Assembly (NCBI GenBank): GCA_001797465.1
Contig: MGPQ01000014.1
Span: 801 to 64,800 of the forward strand
Source of the DNA: Deltaproteobacteria bacterium GWB2_55_19
Lineage (GTDB): Bacteria > Desulfobacterota > GWC2-55-46
Direction of reading: 5' to 3'
DNA length: 64,000 nt
A program made the position numbers and the translations under genes. Under the pieces are notes generated by a model that saw nothing but the letters and a program-made list of their open reading frames with translations, searched no databases and was not told where the DNA came from. Positions 54,340 through 63,450 of this stretch are shown in pieces (the stretch's first letter is position 1; each line of letters begins with the position of its first letter).

Positions 54340-55131
54340 TCAGAGCTTAAAAAGGTCTCTCCTCCTGTCCTTTATAATGTCGTTCAACGGGGTTATCCTC
54401 TTCTTGCGTGCGTCCTGAGGGTCAACTTCCATTACCCTTGCCTCGGCCCTCCACCCGCCGGCCCTGTAAAGGACGGCCCCGTCCGGGGCTACGATCTGGC
54501 TTGAGCCTATGAACTTAAGGGGCTTGCCCGCCACCCTCTCCTCTTTCCCCACCCTGTTGGCGGTGATGGAAAAGACCCTGTTCTCAAGGGAGCGCGTCTT
54601 CATCGCCTCCGGGCAGTACGGGAGCACCAGGTTCGAGGGCTGGCATATGATGTCCGCGCCGAGGAGCGCGAGAGTCCTTGCCACCTCGGGAAAGACCCAG
54701 TCAAAGCATATCATCATCCCGACCCTTGCCCTGCCCGCCTTCTGGACGGAAAAGGGCCTGTCGCCGGGCGTGAATATCTTACGCTCGTCCCAGAAGAGGT
54801 GCGCCTTCCTGTATAGGCCGACTACACCCTTCGGGCCTATGAGGACGGATGAGTTGTACGCCCTCTTGCCTTCCTTCTCGGCAAGCCCGGCCACGATGTG
54901 CATCCGCTTCTTTCTGGCGAGTTCTCTCAGCCTCCCCACTGCGTAGCCGTTGTCTATCTCCTCGGAGAGTTTGAGTAGCTCGGCCTTGTTACGAAACTGG
55001 TATCCGGTGGAGAACAGCTCAGGCAGGACGATGAGGTCGCAATCGAGCTTTTCTATCTCACCCGCCGCGTCTTCGGTGTTCTTCCTTATGTCGCCGAAAA
55101 CCGGCCTTGTCTGCAGAAAACCTATCTTCAT
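54340..55131 (-). CDS. Carbon-nitrogen hydrolase (nitrilase superfamily)
   Basis: Glu-Lys-Cys triad context: LIVLPELF, YRKAHLF, MMICFDWVFPE. Confidence 0.85.
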   Translation of the reverse strand: MKIGFLQTRPVFGDIRKNTEDAAGEIEKLDCDLIVLPELFSTGYQFRNKAELLKLSEEIDNGYAVGRLRELARKKRMHIVAGLAEKEGKRAYNSSVLIGPKGVVGLYRKAHLFWDERKIFTPGDRPFSVQKAGRARVGMMICFDWVFPEVARTLALLGADIICQPSNLVLPYCPEAMKTRSLENRVFSITANRVGKEERVAGKPLKFIGSSQIVAPDGAVLYRAGGWRAEARVMEVDPQDARKKRITPLNDIIKDRRRDLFKL

Positions 55132-55257
55132 ATCACGCGCCTCGACCTTGACCTTCCCTCGGTGGGAGGGTGTGAACCTTTTAGCTCCCCCTTTCTAAAG
55201 GGGGATTGAGGGGGATTTTAAAATACCATGCAGGGGGCGAGGAAGAAGGGCAAATGA

Positions 55258-55331
55258 CGTTGGGTTACGCCACGCTAACCCAACCTGCTACGCGACTATA
55301 CCAAGGAGAGGGGAGGCTCGCTCCCCTCTCC
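55258..55331 (-). terminator. Two strong stem-loops downstream of the Lys-rich mini-ORF
   Basis: GGAGAGGGGAG-5 nt-CTCCCCTCTCC (11 bp, 55305-55331) and GTTGGGTTA-8 nt-TAACCCAAC (9 bp, 55258-55284). U-tracts are weak. Confidence 0.45.
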
Positions 55332-55345
55332 GCCCGTTGAAACCC

Positions 55346-55444
55346 TTAGCGGCAGCAACCCGACTTCTTCGTCGTCTTCTTCGCGGTGGTCTTCTTTGCC
55401 GCCGTCGTCGTCTTCTTCTTTACAGGCTTCTTTGCGGTTGCCAT
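55346..55444 (-). CDS. 32-aa Lys/Thr-rich basic peptide ending in GCCR
   Basis: AAGGAGGaaaca-ATG. Sequence MATAKKPVKKKTTTAAKKTTAKKTTKKSGCCR. It has its own promoter-like element and downstream hairpins. Below the ORF-track cut-off. Confidence 0.5.
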   Translation of the reverse strand: MATAKKPVKKKTTTAAKKTTAKKTTKKSGCCR

Positions 55445-55496
55445 TGTTTCCTCCTTAAGGTTGTATTCCGTTCAAAAACCCTTGTACTACAATATT

Positions 55497-55525
55497 TTTT
55501 TATCACTAATGCGAAAATGTGTCAA
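55497..55525 (-). promoter_or_regulatory. Putative sigma70 promoter of the Lys-rich mini-ORF
   Basis: Minus strand reads TTGACA-17 nt-TAAAAA in the AT-rich divergent region shared with gatC. Confidence 0.4.
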
Positions 55526-55619
55526 TACGAAATCACCCTTTCCGGCACTGCCCGCTTGCAGAAGACGGGTTTGTATGTTAACTTGAAAAAATTATTTCTT
55601 ATTGCAAGAGGTGCGAAGC

Positions 55620-55907
55620 ATGTCTATCACGAAAAAGGACGTACTCCATGCGGCGGATCTCGCCCGACTAGAGCTCACAGCTGAGGAGCAGGACCTCTAC
55701 ACGGAACAGCTCTCGCGCATACTCAACTATGTGGAAAAACTCTCCGAGCTCGATACGACTGGTATCGCACCGACGACCTACACGGTGCCTTTGAAGACCG
55801 TAATGCGCGCGGATGAATCCAGACCGTCTCTTCCGCACGAGGAGGCGCTCTCGAACGCGCCGGACTCCGACAAGGACTGCTTTAAAGTACCCAGGATAAT
55901 CGAATAA
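55620..55907 (+). CDS. gatC: Glu/Asp-tRNA amidotransferase subunit C
   Basis: MSITKKDVLHAADLARLELTAEEQ...LNYVEKLSELDT. Start set at the ATG at 55620. Confidence 0.9.
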   Translation: MSITKKDVLHAADLARLELTAEEQDLYTEQLSRILNYVEKLSELDTTGIAPTTYTVPLKTVMRADESRPSLPHEEALSNAPDSDKDCFKVPRIIE

Positions 55908-55928
55908 GGAATCCCAAGGAGCCTGCAA

Positions 55929-57389
55929 TTGGACCTCAACTCTCTTACCATACACGCGCTCTCGGAGAAGCTCTCGAAAAAAGAGGTCTCCTCTGTCGAG
56001 GCGACAAAGGCGTACCTTGAAAGGATCGGCGCGGTCGACGACAAAATCAAGGCGTTCCTCATCGTCACCGCAGACGAAGCGTTAAAGCAGGCCGAAGAGG
56101 CCGACAAGAGACGCGCACAAAACAATAATATAACGCCGCTGACCGGCGTCCCGATTTCCGTAAAGGACATATTCTGCACAAAGGGAATAAGGACCACATG
56201 CGCCTCGAAAATCCTCGCTGGCTTTGTCCCGCCTTACGACTCTACCGTCGTCGCGAGGCTTAAGGACGCGGGCGCGGTCATACTCGGCAAGAACAACATG
56301 GACGAGTTCGCTATGGGCTCCTCAACTGAAAACTCGGCGTTCCAGAAGACCGCGAACCCCTGGGCGCTGGACCGGGTCCCCGGCGGCTCGTCGGGCGGCT
56401 CCGCGGCGTCGGTTGCGGCGCTTGAATGCGCGGCCTCGGTCGGCACCGACACCGGCGGCTCGATAAGACAACCCGCGGCGCTCTGCGGGGTCGTTGGGTT
56501 TAAGCCCACCTACGGGAGGGTATCGAGGTTCGGGATGATCGCCTTCGCGTCGTCCCTCGACCAGGCCGGCCCGTTCACGAGGGATACAATAGACTCCGCC
56601 ATCATGCTGAAGGCAATGGCTGGCTTTGACCCAAGGGACTCGACCTCCATCGACGCGCCTGTGCCGGACTATCTCTCTGAAATAGAAAAGGGTGTGGCAG
56701 GCCTCAAGATCGGCATACCGAAGGAATACTTTATCGAAGGGATGGACGCGGAGGTAGAGGCCTCCGTCAGGGAAGCGCTTAAAATCCTCGAGAAGGAAGG
56801 CGCCGTCCTCGTTCCGGTCTCTCTGCCGCACACCGAGTACGCCGTCGCCGTCTATTATCTTGTAGCCACCGCCGAGGCCTCGAGCAACCTCGCGAGATTC
56901 GACGGCGTAAAGTATGGTCTCCGCGTAAACGAATCTGGCAACCTCCTCGACATGTACAAGAAAACAAGGGACAGCGGCTTCGGTGGCGAGGTGAAGCGGA
57001 GGATAATGCTCGGCACCTACTCGCTCTCCGCCGGTTACTATGACGCGTACTACAAGAAGGCGTCTGAAGTCCGCACCCTCATAAAGAACGATTTTGAGAC
57101 GGCGTTCAAGGCCTGCGACATTATCGCGACGCCGACGACTCCGACGCCCGCCTTCAGGTTCGGGGAAAAGGTCGCGGACCCGCTCACCATGTATCTTTCC
57201 GACATATTCACTATTTCGTGCAACCTCGCGGGCATCCCCGGCGTCTCTATTCCGTGCGGGTTCACGAAAGAGAACTTGCCCATAGGCCTTCAGATACTCG
57301 GGAGGCCCCTCGATGAGACGACAGTGCTCCGGGCCGCGCGCGCCTACGAGCGCGCGGCAGGCTGTACGTTACAGGCCCCGGCGCTTTAG
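55929..57389 (+). CDS. gatA: Glu/Asp-tRNA amidotransferase subunit A
   Basis: Amidase signature [13 protein letters not shown]...[14 protein letters not shown] start. Confidence 0.95.
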   Translation: MDLNSLTIHALSEKLSKKEVSSVEATKAYLERIGAVDDKIKAFLIVTADEALKQAEEADKRRAQNNNITPLTGVPISVKDIFCTKGIRTTCASKILAGFVPPYDSTVVARLKDAGAVILGKNNMDEFAMGSSTENSAFQKTANPWALDRVPGGSSGGSAASVAALECAASVGTDTGGSIRQPAALCGVVGFKPTYGRVSRFGMIAFASSLDQAGPFTRDTIDSAIMLKAMAGFDPRDSTSIDAPVPDYLSEIEKGVAGLKIGIPKEYFIEGMDAEVEASVREALKILEKEGAVLVPVSLPHTEYAVAVYYLVATAEASSNLARFDGVKYGLRVNESGNLLDMYKKTRDSGFGGEVKRRIMLGTYSLSAGYYDAYYKKASEVRTLIKNDFETAFKACDIIATPTTPTPAFRFGEKVADPLTMYLSDIFTISCNLAGIPGVSIPCGFTKENLPIGLQILGRPLDETTVLRAARAYERAAGCTLQAPAL

Positions 57390-57404
57390 TCTCTTTGTCG
57401 TTTT

Positions 57405-57453
57405 ACCTCCCCTCCCCTTATATTTAATATCGGGAGGGGATAGAGGGGAGGGT
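57405..57453. repeat. CCTCCCCTCCC/GGGAGGGG hairpin repeat (family copy)
   Basis: TTTTACCTCCCCTCCCC-ttatatttaatat-CGGGAGGGGATAGAGGGGAGGG. It is near-identical in its arms to the copy at 62027-62074. Degenerate relatives occur at 17441-17485, 33595-33625 and 55146-55175. Confidence 0.65.
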
Positions 57454-57544
57454 GAAATCTTCTTAAGTGCCGCCTCCTTCAGGGATAAATGCCTCGGCTA
57501 TAAATATATTACCCTAAAAAGAACAAGAAGAGGATTATCAAGGG

Positions 57545-58981
57545 ATGAAATACGAAACCGTCATAGGTCTTGAGGTCCACGCACAGCTCCTTACCGAGTC
57601 CAAGCTCTTCTGCGCCTGCTCGACGAAGTTCGGCTCCGGTCCCAACACTCAGGTCTGCCCGGTCTGTCTGGGCCTGCCAGGAGTCCTCCCGGTATTGAAC
57701 GGAAAATCAGTCGAGTTCGCGGTAAAGATGGCCCTTGCGGTCAACTGCAGCGTTAACGCGAAGAGCGTATTCGCGAGGAAGAACTACTTCTACCCGGACC
57801 TGCCCAAGGGCTACCAGATATCCCAGTACACCGAGCCGCTCGCCGAGCGCGGCTACCTCGACATAGACACGAACGGCGGCAAGAGGATAGGGATAACCCG
57901 CATACACATGGAAGAGGACGCGGGCAAGCTCCTCCACGGCGAAGGGCCGGAGGACTCCGGATCGAGCTTCGTCGACCTCAACAGGGCCGGGGTGCCTCTT
58001 ATAGAGATAGTCTCAGAGCCCGACATGCGCTCGGCGGACGAGGCGCAGGCCTATCTGAAATCGCTCCGCGACATCATCGTCTACCTCGAAATTTGCAGCG
58101 GCAACATGGAGGAGGGGAGCTTCCGTTGCGACGCGAACGTCTCCATCAGGCCCGTCGGCGCCGAAAAACTCGGCACAAAGGCGGAGCTTAAGAACATGAA
58201 CTCCTTCAAGTTCGTGAAAGAGGCGATAGAGTACGAGGTAGAGCGGCAGATTGACGTAGTCGAATCCGGCGGCAAGGTCGTGCAGGAGACCCGCCTCTTT
58301 GATTCGGCCAAGGGCATAACGGCGTCCATGAGGTCGAAGGAAGAGGCGCACGACTACCGCTACTTCCCTGACCCCGACCTCCTCCCGCTTGTGGTAAGCG
58401 ATGACCTGATTGAAGGGCAGAGAAAGACCCTCCCCGAGCTCCCGGAGGCGAAAAGGACACGGTTCATAAAGGACTACTCCATCCCGGCATACGACGCTGG
58501 CGTGCTCACGGCATCCAGGGACCTCGCCAATTATTATGAAGAGGTCGTAAAGGCCACCAATGAACCGAAGGTCTCCTCCAACTGGGTCATGGGCGAGCTG
58601 CTGCGCCTTCTCAAGGAAGACGCGCGTGACGTGAGAGACTGCGCCGTCACCCCCGCTTCCATCGCCGGGCTGATCGAGATGATAAAAAATGGCGGGATAA
58701 GCGGCAAGATGGCAAAAGAGGTCTTCGAGGCGATGTACAAGACCGGGAAAACGCCGCAGGAGATAGTGAAGTCCACGGGCATGGCCCAGATATCGAACGA
58801 AGACGAGCTCTCAAGGATAATAGACGATGTCATCACCCGGAACCCGGATAACTTCGCAAGGTACAAGGCCGGGAGAGTACAGCTCTTCGGGTTCTTTGTC
58901 GGCGAGACGATGAAGGCGACAAAGGGACAGGCGAACCCCCAGGTGATAAACAAGCTCCTCAAGGAAAAACTCGATAAGTAA
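57545..58981 (+). CDS. gatB: Glu/Asp-tRNA amidotransferase subunit B
   Basis: [28 protein letters not shown], and a C-terminal GatB_Yqey domain. Confidence 0.95.
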   Translation: MKYETVIGLEVHAQLLTESKLFCACSTKFGSGPNTQVCPVCLGLPGVLPVLNGKSVEFAVKMALAVNCSVNAKSVFARKNYFYPDLPKGYQISQYTEPLAERGYLDIDTNGGKRIGITRIHMEEDAGKLLHGEGPEDSGSSFVDLNRAGVPLIEIVSEPDMRSADEAQAYLKSLRDIIVYLEICSGNMEEGSFRCDANVSIRPVGAEKLGTKAELKNMNSFKFVKEAIEYEVERQIDVVESGGKVVQETRLFDSAKGITASMRSKEEAHDYRYFPDPDLLPLVVSDDLIEGQRKTLPELPEAKRTRFIKDYSIPAYDAGVLTASRDLANYYEEVVKATNEPKVSSNWVMGELLRLLKEDARDVRDCAVTPASIAGLIEMIKNGGISGKMAKEVFEAMYKTGKTPQEIVKSTGMAQISNEDELSRIIDDVITRNPDNFARYKAGRVQLFGFFVGETMKATKGQANPQVINKLLKEKLDK

Positions 58982-58996
58982 AGGTCTCTCGATTTT

Positions 58997-59040
58997 AAAA
59001 ACCCAAAAGGCCCGGCTTTAGCCGGGCCTTTTGGGTTTTT
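58997..59040 (+). terminator. Rho-independent terminator after gatB
   Basis: AAAAACCCAAAAGGCCCGGC-ttta-GCCGGGCCTTTTGGGTTTTT: a 20-bp stem with a trailing T-run. Confidence 0.85.
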
Positions 59041-59365
59041 AATCCATTGATAGGCTGGACTAACAAGCACCGCCTTATTTTCCAGGTTCCATAAAGCCCT
59101 TTGCGCCCTGCCGGGCTCTTTTGGGCATGGGATTCGCTCGCTTTCTCCCTCTCCCTCCCGCTATGCGCGGGGCCAGAGTTCTTCGGAAGCTATTGAGGTT
59201 AGAGTAAACGAATCGTCTCGATACGAACTTTGCCCGTCCGGCGAGGACCGCTCGCGCGCCCCTTGAGCGCTTCGCGTCTAATCTACCCCGGCGCGCTCGC
59301 CTCTTCCTCCCTTAGGCTTCGCTCACCCATGCCCGGTATTTTTGAAAAACACAAAATTTTTCCTT

Positions 59366-59542
59366 TTAACCCTTCCTCGACTCAAAAACCCCCGCCAACA
59401 CCAACGCCCCACCGCCTAAAAAAAGCGCAAAGAGAAATACGCCGGGGGCGAGCCCGGCCTTGAGCCCCAGAAGGGCGTTAAGGAACCCGAGCCCCAGTAG
59501 CACGCTCCCGAAAAACTTCTTTCCCGCGCCTCTCCTCCTCAT
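59366..59542 (-). CDS. 58-aa two-TM membrane protein, translationally coupled to the radical SAM gene
   Basis: Its ATG overlaps the radical-SAM stop (GGATGA). Sequence MRRRGAGKKFFGSVLLGLGFLNALLGLKAGLAPGVFLFALFLGGGALVLAGVFESRKG. Below the ORF-track cut-off. Confidence 0.5.
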   Translation of the reverse strand: MRRRGAGKKFFGSVLLGLGFLNALLGLKAGLAPGVFLFALFLGGGALVLAGVFESRKG

Positions 59543-60732
59543 CCCCTGTACCTTGACTTAAGCTCAGCCATCACTTCCGGCGTTATCTCTGAGAGCCCCT
59601 TAGCGCTTGCGTACCTCTCGACGCCCTTCTTGACCATCGGCCTTAAAAACACGGGGACCTTTGAAAGCCTCTCGACAGCCCCTTCGGTCCACAGAGGCTC
59701 ACCTTTATTCAAATCGGCCCTGCCATTCGGCTCATACGAGCACCACGCGTCCTCGCCCATGATGTCCCCTGTATCAGCGAGGGCGCGCGCCCTGCAACCG
59801 CCGCATGTTTCAGAGAACTCGCAGTCCTTGCACCTGCCCTTAAGGGCAGGAGAGGCGAGGAGCTTAAACGACGCGTCCCCCGCGATTATCTCGGCGACGG
59901 AAAAATCCCTCAGGTTCATCGATTGATCCGTTACAGGCATGTACGGGCACGGGGTCACAAAACCCTCCGGGGATATCCTCAAATATCCTTTTCCCGCTAC
60001 GCACCCGGAAGTCCCTGCTGAGAGCGCCGATTGAGGCGGGGCGAGCCTCAATATGTGCGGGGCGCATCTCGCGCGCGCCGCACCCCCTTCGCCGGAGAGC
60101 GCTACAATCTCTTTCAGCGCCCCTTCGTATTCGGAGGGGCTTATGTCGCTCATCCGCTCCCCCCTCCCCGTGCATACGAGGAAGAAGAAGTGGACGGCGC
60201 GCGCGCCCTTAAGAGTCCCGAACGAGGCGATCTCGCGCAACTCGCGGAGGTTCTCCTTCACGACCGTCGCGTGAAGCTGAAAGTCTATCCCGGCGTCCTT
60301 CAGATACCCGAGCCCTTCTATCGTCTTTTGCCACGCGCCTTGCACGCCCCGGAATCCGTCGTGAAAGGCAGGCTCTATCGAATCGACGCTTACGCCCGCG
60401 CCCTTCACGCCGCTCTCACGGATACGCCCTGCCGCCTCTCTATCTATGAGCGTGCCGTTGGTGCCGAGAACTACCGTAAGCCCCTTGCGGGAAGCGTATG
60501 ACGCGACCTCATAAATATCGGGCCGGAGGAGCGGCTCGCCGCCGGTAAGTATCAGCATCGCTCCCGGCGCGCCAACTGCAATTTTATCGACAAGCGCGCG
60601 GGCCTCGGCGGTCGAGATGTCGTCTCTCCCATCGAGCTCCCCTGCGTCGAGATAGCAGTGGGCGCATTTAAGGTTGCACCTTTTAGTGATGTTCCAGGAG
60701 ATGAGAAAGGGTTTTTGGGATGCGTCCATCAT
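59539..60732 (-). CDS. Radical SAM / SPASM-domain protein (NirJ/AhbD-like) with a PCP_red-like C-terminal domain
   Basis: CNLKCAHC (CxxxCxxC), GGEPLL, SPASM Cys cluster CKDCEFSETCGGCRARA, then WTEGAVERLSKVPVFLRPMVKKGVERYASAKGLSEITPEVM. Confidence 0.8.
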   Translation of the reverse strand: MMDASQKPFLISWNITKRCNLKCAHCYLDAGELDGRDDISTAEARALVDKIAVGAPGAMLILTGGEPLLRPDIYEVASYASRKGLTVVLGTNGTLIDREAAGRIRESGVKGAGVSVDSIEPAFHDGFRGVQGAWQKTIEGLGYLKDAGIDFQLHATVVKENLRELREIASFGTLKGARAVHFFFLVCTGRGERMSDISPSEYEGALKEIVALSGEGGAARARCAPHILRLAPPQSALSAGTSGCVAGKGYLRISPEGFVTPCPYMPVTDQSMNLRDFSVAEIIAGDASFKLLASPALKGRCKDCEFSETCGGCRARALADTGDIMGEDAWCSYEPNGRADLNKGEPLWTEGAVERLSKVPVFLRPMVKKGVERYASAKGLSEITPEVMAELKSRYRG

Positions 60733-61907
60733 CTTCCGAGGCGCTCCCTGACCTTCCTCATGAATTGAGGGGTGATAACCGCGACACCCTCCTTTTTCGC
60801 CGCGTCCTCGGCCATCTTCTTGACGAGGGCGCGCACGAAAGACGGGATGGACGAGAGTATCTTCTCAGCCTCAACGTCCCACTCCGCCCCTGAGGCAAGG
60901 GCCTCAGGCAACGCCGCCTCTCTCGACGTTATGAGTATGTTGCACGGCGCCTCTCGCAAGCAGTTCTCTGTAGTAGCCCCGATATCGAGCGCCTCCGTCG
61001 CGTGAACGCCAGTACGACCGAGCGCGAGGATAAAAGGGCTCTCTGTCTGACAATACCTAATTATCTCTGTTGAGGCCTTGCCTGAAAGGAGTGTCGTCTT
61101 GAGGGTTACCCCCGCGTCGCCGGCCATCTTCGCGGCGCTCTCAAGGTGGCCTGCGTAGATCCTGGCGAGCCCCTTGTCTATTATCTCGTCGTGGAGCTTT
61201 TCCTGCTCTTTGAAGCGGAAGATTCTGCCCGCCTCATCGGATAACACCCCGGCTATGGACCGGAACGCGGTCCTGTGGAAGTCGGGGTCGAACGCGCTCA
61301 GGGCCTCTACACCTGTATTAAAGACCTTCGAGAGACGGATAGCCGCGTTCAATGCCCCAAAGGACGCTCCACTCCCGTCTATCGCGGCGATTATATCGCC
61401 CGAAAGCCCGGAGTATGACGCGTCCTTCATTATGAGTATGTCGGTCTTTATGCGCCTCGCCGCACGCTCAACAACGGACCCTATCCTGGAGAGATCGGTC
61501 TTTCCGAGCCCGTGCGCGCCCATTACCACGAGGTCGTAGGCGTTCTCTTCCGCCTCCCTGACAATCTCCTCGAAGTTCTTGCCTTCCCTGCTGACGCCAG
61601 CGGCCGCGAGCCCCGCGGTTTCGGCCCGCGCGAGGAACGGCGCGAGGTAAGAGTCCGAGATGATCTTGAGCCCCTGTTCTATGAGCCCCTCGTGCACATC
61701 CCTCTGCCCCTTCAACTTGTCTTCCGTCCTGTACTCGGGAGGGAGCCCGTCTTCCATCTCCCTGAACCTCTCGCTATGGAGACGGGCCGCATAGACGTGA
61801 CAGCCCGCGACGATTGAGCGCGAGGCGTCGGCGATAGTCAACCCGGCCTCCACGCCTGCGTTGGCGTAGTCCGAGTTATCAAGGCAGAAGAGTATCTTTC
61901 TATACAT
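60729..61907 (-). CDS. Tandem universal stress protein (2x UspA domains) with a PCP_red-like C-terminal domain
   Basis: Two Usp modules (..YDLVVMGAHG.., ..FILALGRTG..), then WDVEAEKILSSIPSFVRALVKKMAEDAAKKEGVAVITPQFM. 4-nt overlap with the radical SAM start. Confidence 0.75.
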   Translation of the reverse strand: MYRKILFCLDNSDYANAGVEAGLTIADASRSIVAGCHVYAARLHSERFREMEDGLPPEYRTEDKLKGQRDVHEGLIEQGLKIISDSYLAPFLARAETAGLAAAGVSREGKNFEEIVREAEENAYDLVVMGAHGLGKTDLSRIGSVVERAARRIKTDILIMKDASYSGLSGDIIAAIDGSGASFGALNAAIRLSKVFNTGVEALSAFDPDFHRTAFRSIAGVLSDEAGRIFRFKEQEKLHDEIIDKGLARIYAGHLESAAKMAGDAGVTLKTTLLSGKASTEIIRYCQTESPFILALGRTGVHATEALDIGATTENCLREAPCNILITSREAALPEALASGAEWDVEAEKILSSIPSFVRALVKKMAEDAAKKEGVAVITPQFMRKVRERLGR

Positions 61908-62026
61908 ACGCCATATCCTATCACAACTCCAGCGAACAAAAAAAGCGGGGCAAAGCCCGCTTTCATCACATCACCCGTGCCATTGCGAGCGAGCGCCCCC
62001 CCTCTTTTGACAATCAACCCCTTGAG

Positions 62027-62074
62027 ATTGCCTCTTCTTTTACCTCCCCTCCCCCGGTCCGATAGTCGGGAGGG
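62027..62074. repeat. CCTCCCCTCCC/GGGAGGGG hairpin repeat (family copy)
   Basis: TTTTACCTCCCCTCCCCC-ggtccgatag-TCGGGAGGGGATAGATAGG, downstream of the EndoQ-like gene. Confidence 0.65.
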
Positions 62075-62199
62075 GATAGATAGGTTTACATGTCATTCCC
62101 GAGGCTTTTATCGTAAACCCAGCTCTAAAAAACTGAGGTCATGCAGACATACGGGTATGCAATGGTCTCCTTGAGGGAGAGGCTCACGTGGGGTCTCTC

Positions 62200-63450
62200 T
62201 CAAAACAGCCTTATCTGCCCTGACACAGCAAGCCCCGGGTCCTCGGCCTTCCCGAATATATCTATCTTCCCGAACACTCCGTCAAACCCCGGGGTTATGC
62301 CTATGTCGCCGCTACGCACCTTTGAGACGGCTTCCGCGACCCGCTCTCCCGCAAGCCTTTCAATATCGGCAATCTCCATGTCGAGGAGTATGGCAAACTC
62401 GCTCCCCGCCTCGGCAATCATCCTCCTGTATTCCTTCTGGACTTTTTTTGACGAAGGGCCCACCTCGAAGGCCTCAGAGAGTATCTCGTCAAGCGGCACC
62501 ATCGCTCGCGAGGGTACGGCGTTCGGCGGCTTATACCCCGCGGGCCTGTCCGAGAGTTCCTCTACCCTGGACATGACGCCGACGGTCAGCCCCTTGTGGC
62601 AGACCGGACAGAGCCTGGACACCTTTAGCGTCTCTTCCGGAGAATACAAAACCCCGCATTCCCTGTGTCCGTCGTAGTGGTACTTGCCCTCTTCGGGGTA
62701 GAACTCGACGGTATAGAGGAAACGCTTCGCGTCCTTTGTCCTGATAATTTCCGTTATCTCATGGTACGAGGGCGCGCAGTCAAAGACATTGGCTTCTCTG
62801 CCGAGCTTCGAGGGCGAGTGCGCGTCCGAATTCGATATGAGCGTGATGTCATCGAGCGCGGAGAGCCTCCGGTTCATCTCAGGGTTCGAAGACAACCCTG
62901 TTTCGATCGCCCGTACATGCGCGGCGAGGTCTCCGAAGCACTCCTCTATCGAATCGAACCCGGACTTCGACCCGAATATCGAGAACCACGGCGTCCATGC
63001 GTGCGCTGGTATGAGCATCGCCTCGCTTGACGCGTCGAGGACGATCTTCAAAAGGTCTTTTGCGCTGAAACCGAATATGGGCCTGCCGTCGGACTTTACG
63101 TTGCCGAGCCTCCCGAAAGCGGAGTTCATCTTACGCGCCGCATCGATTGACGGCGCCAGGATGAGGGAGTGCATCTTCCTCACCCTCCCCCCCTGAGAGA
63201 ATATGTTGCTCACCTCGGCGGTGAGCATGAAACGCGCGCCGCCGCCCTTCTTAAGCGAGAAGAGCCCGTCCCCTGCAGGCTCAAGCAGTTCAAGGACAGC
63301 GGCAAAGTGCGCGGGATGGGTGAAGTCCCCGGTGCCGACGACGTCTATCCCCTTTATCCGCGCCCACTCGGCGATTACCGGCAGGGTCATATCCCTGCTC
63401 GTCGCCCGCGAGTGCTTGCTGTGTATGTGGAGGTCGGCGATGAGGCGCAC
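62200..63450 (-). CDS. Endonuclease Q-like PHP-domain nuclease (TIGR00375 family)
   Basis: MRLIADLHIHSKHSRATS (PHP), GTGDFTHP, PAHAWTPW, SNSDAHSPSKLGREANVF, GKYHYDGHR, zinc finger CPVCHKGLTVGV, and C-terminal PGFDGVFGKIDIF. GTG start abuts the fabI stop. Confidence 0.8.
   Translation of the reverse strand: MRLIADLHIHSKHSRATSRDMTLPVIAEWARIKGIDVVGTGDFTHPAHFAAVLELLEPAGDGLFSLKKGGGARFMLTAEVSNIFSQGGRVRKMHSLILAPSIDAARKMNSAFGRLGNVKSDGRPIFGFSAKDLLKIVLDASSEAMLIPAHAWTPWFSIFGSKSGFDSIEECFGDLAAHVRAIETGLSSNPEMNRRLSALDDITLISNSDAHSPSKLGREANVFDCAPSYHEITEIIRTKDAKRFLYTVEFYPEEGKYHYDGHRECGVLYSPEETLKVSRLCPVCHKGLTVGVMSRVEELSDRPAGYKPPNAVPSRAMVPLDEILSEAFEVGPSSKKVQKEYRRMIAEAGSEFAILLDMEIADIERLAGERVAEAVSKVRSGDIGITPGFDGVFGKIDIFGKAEDPGLAVSGQIRLF

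Noticed and set aside
59123-59335. GGGCATGGG ... CCCATGCCC inverted 9-mers, 200 nt apart, flanking CGCTCGC-(T/C)-rich direct repeats downstream of gatB; considered as an ncRNA or MITE
   Set aside because: The internal arms are direct rather than complementary, so no long hairpin forms. There is no similarity to the RNase P, tmRNA, SRP or 6S features I can recognise. A 9-nt inverted repeat at this spacing can occur by chance. I leave it as unexplained non-coding DNA.
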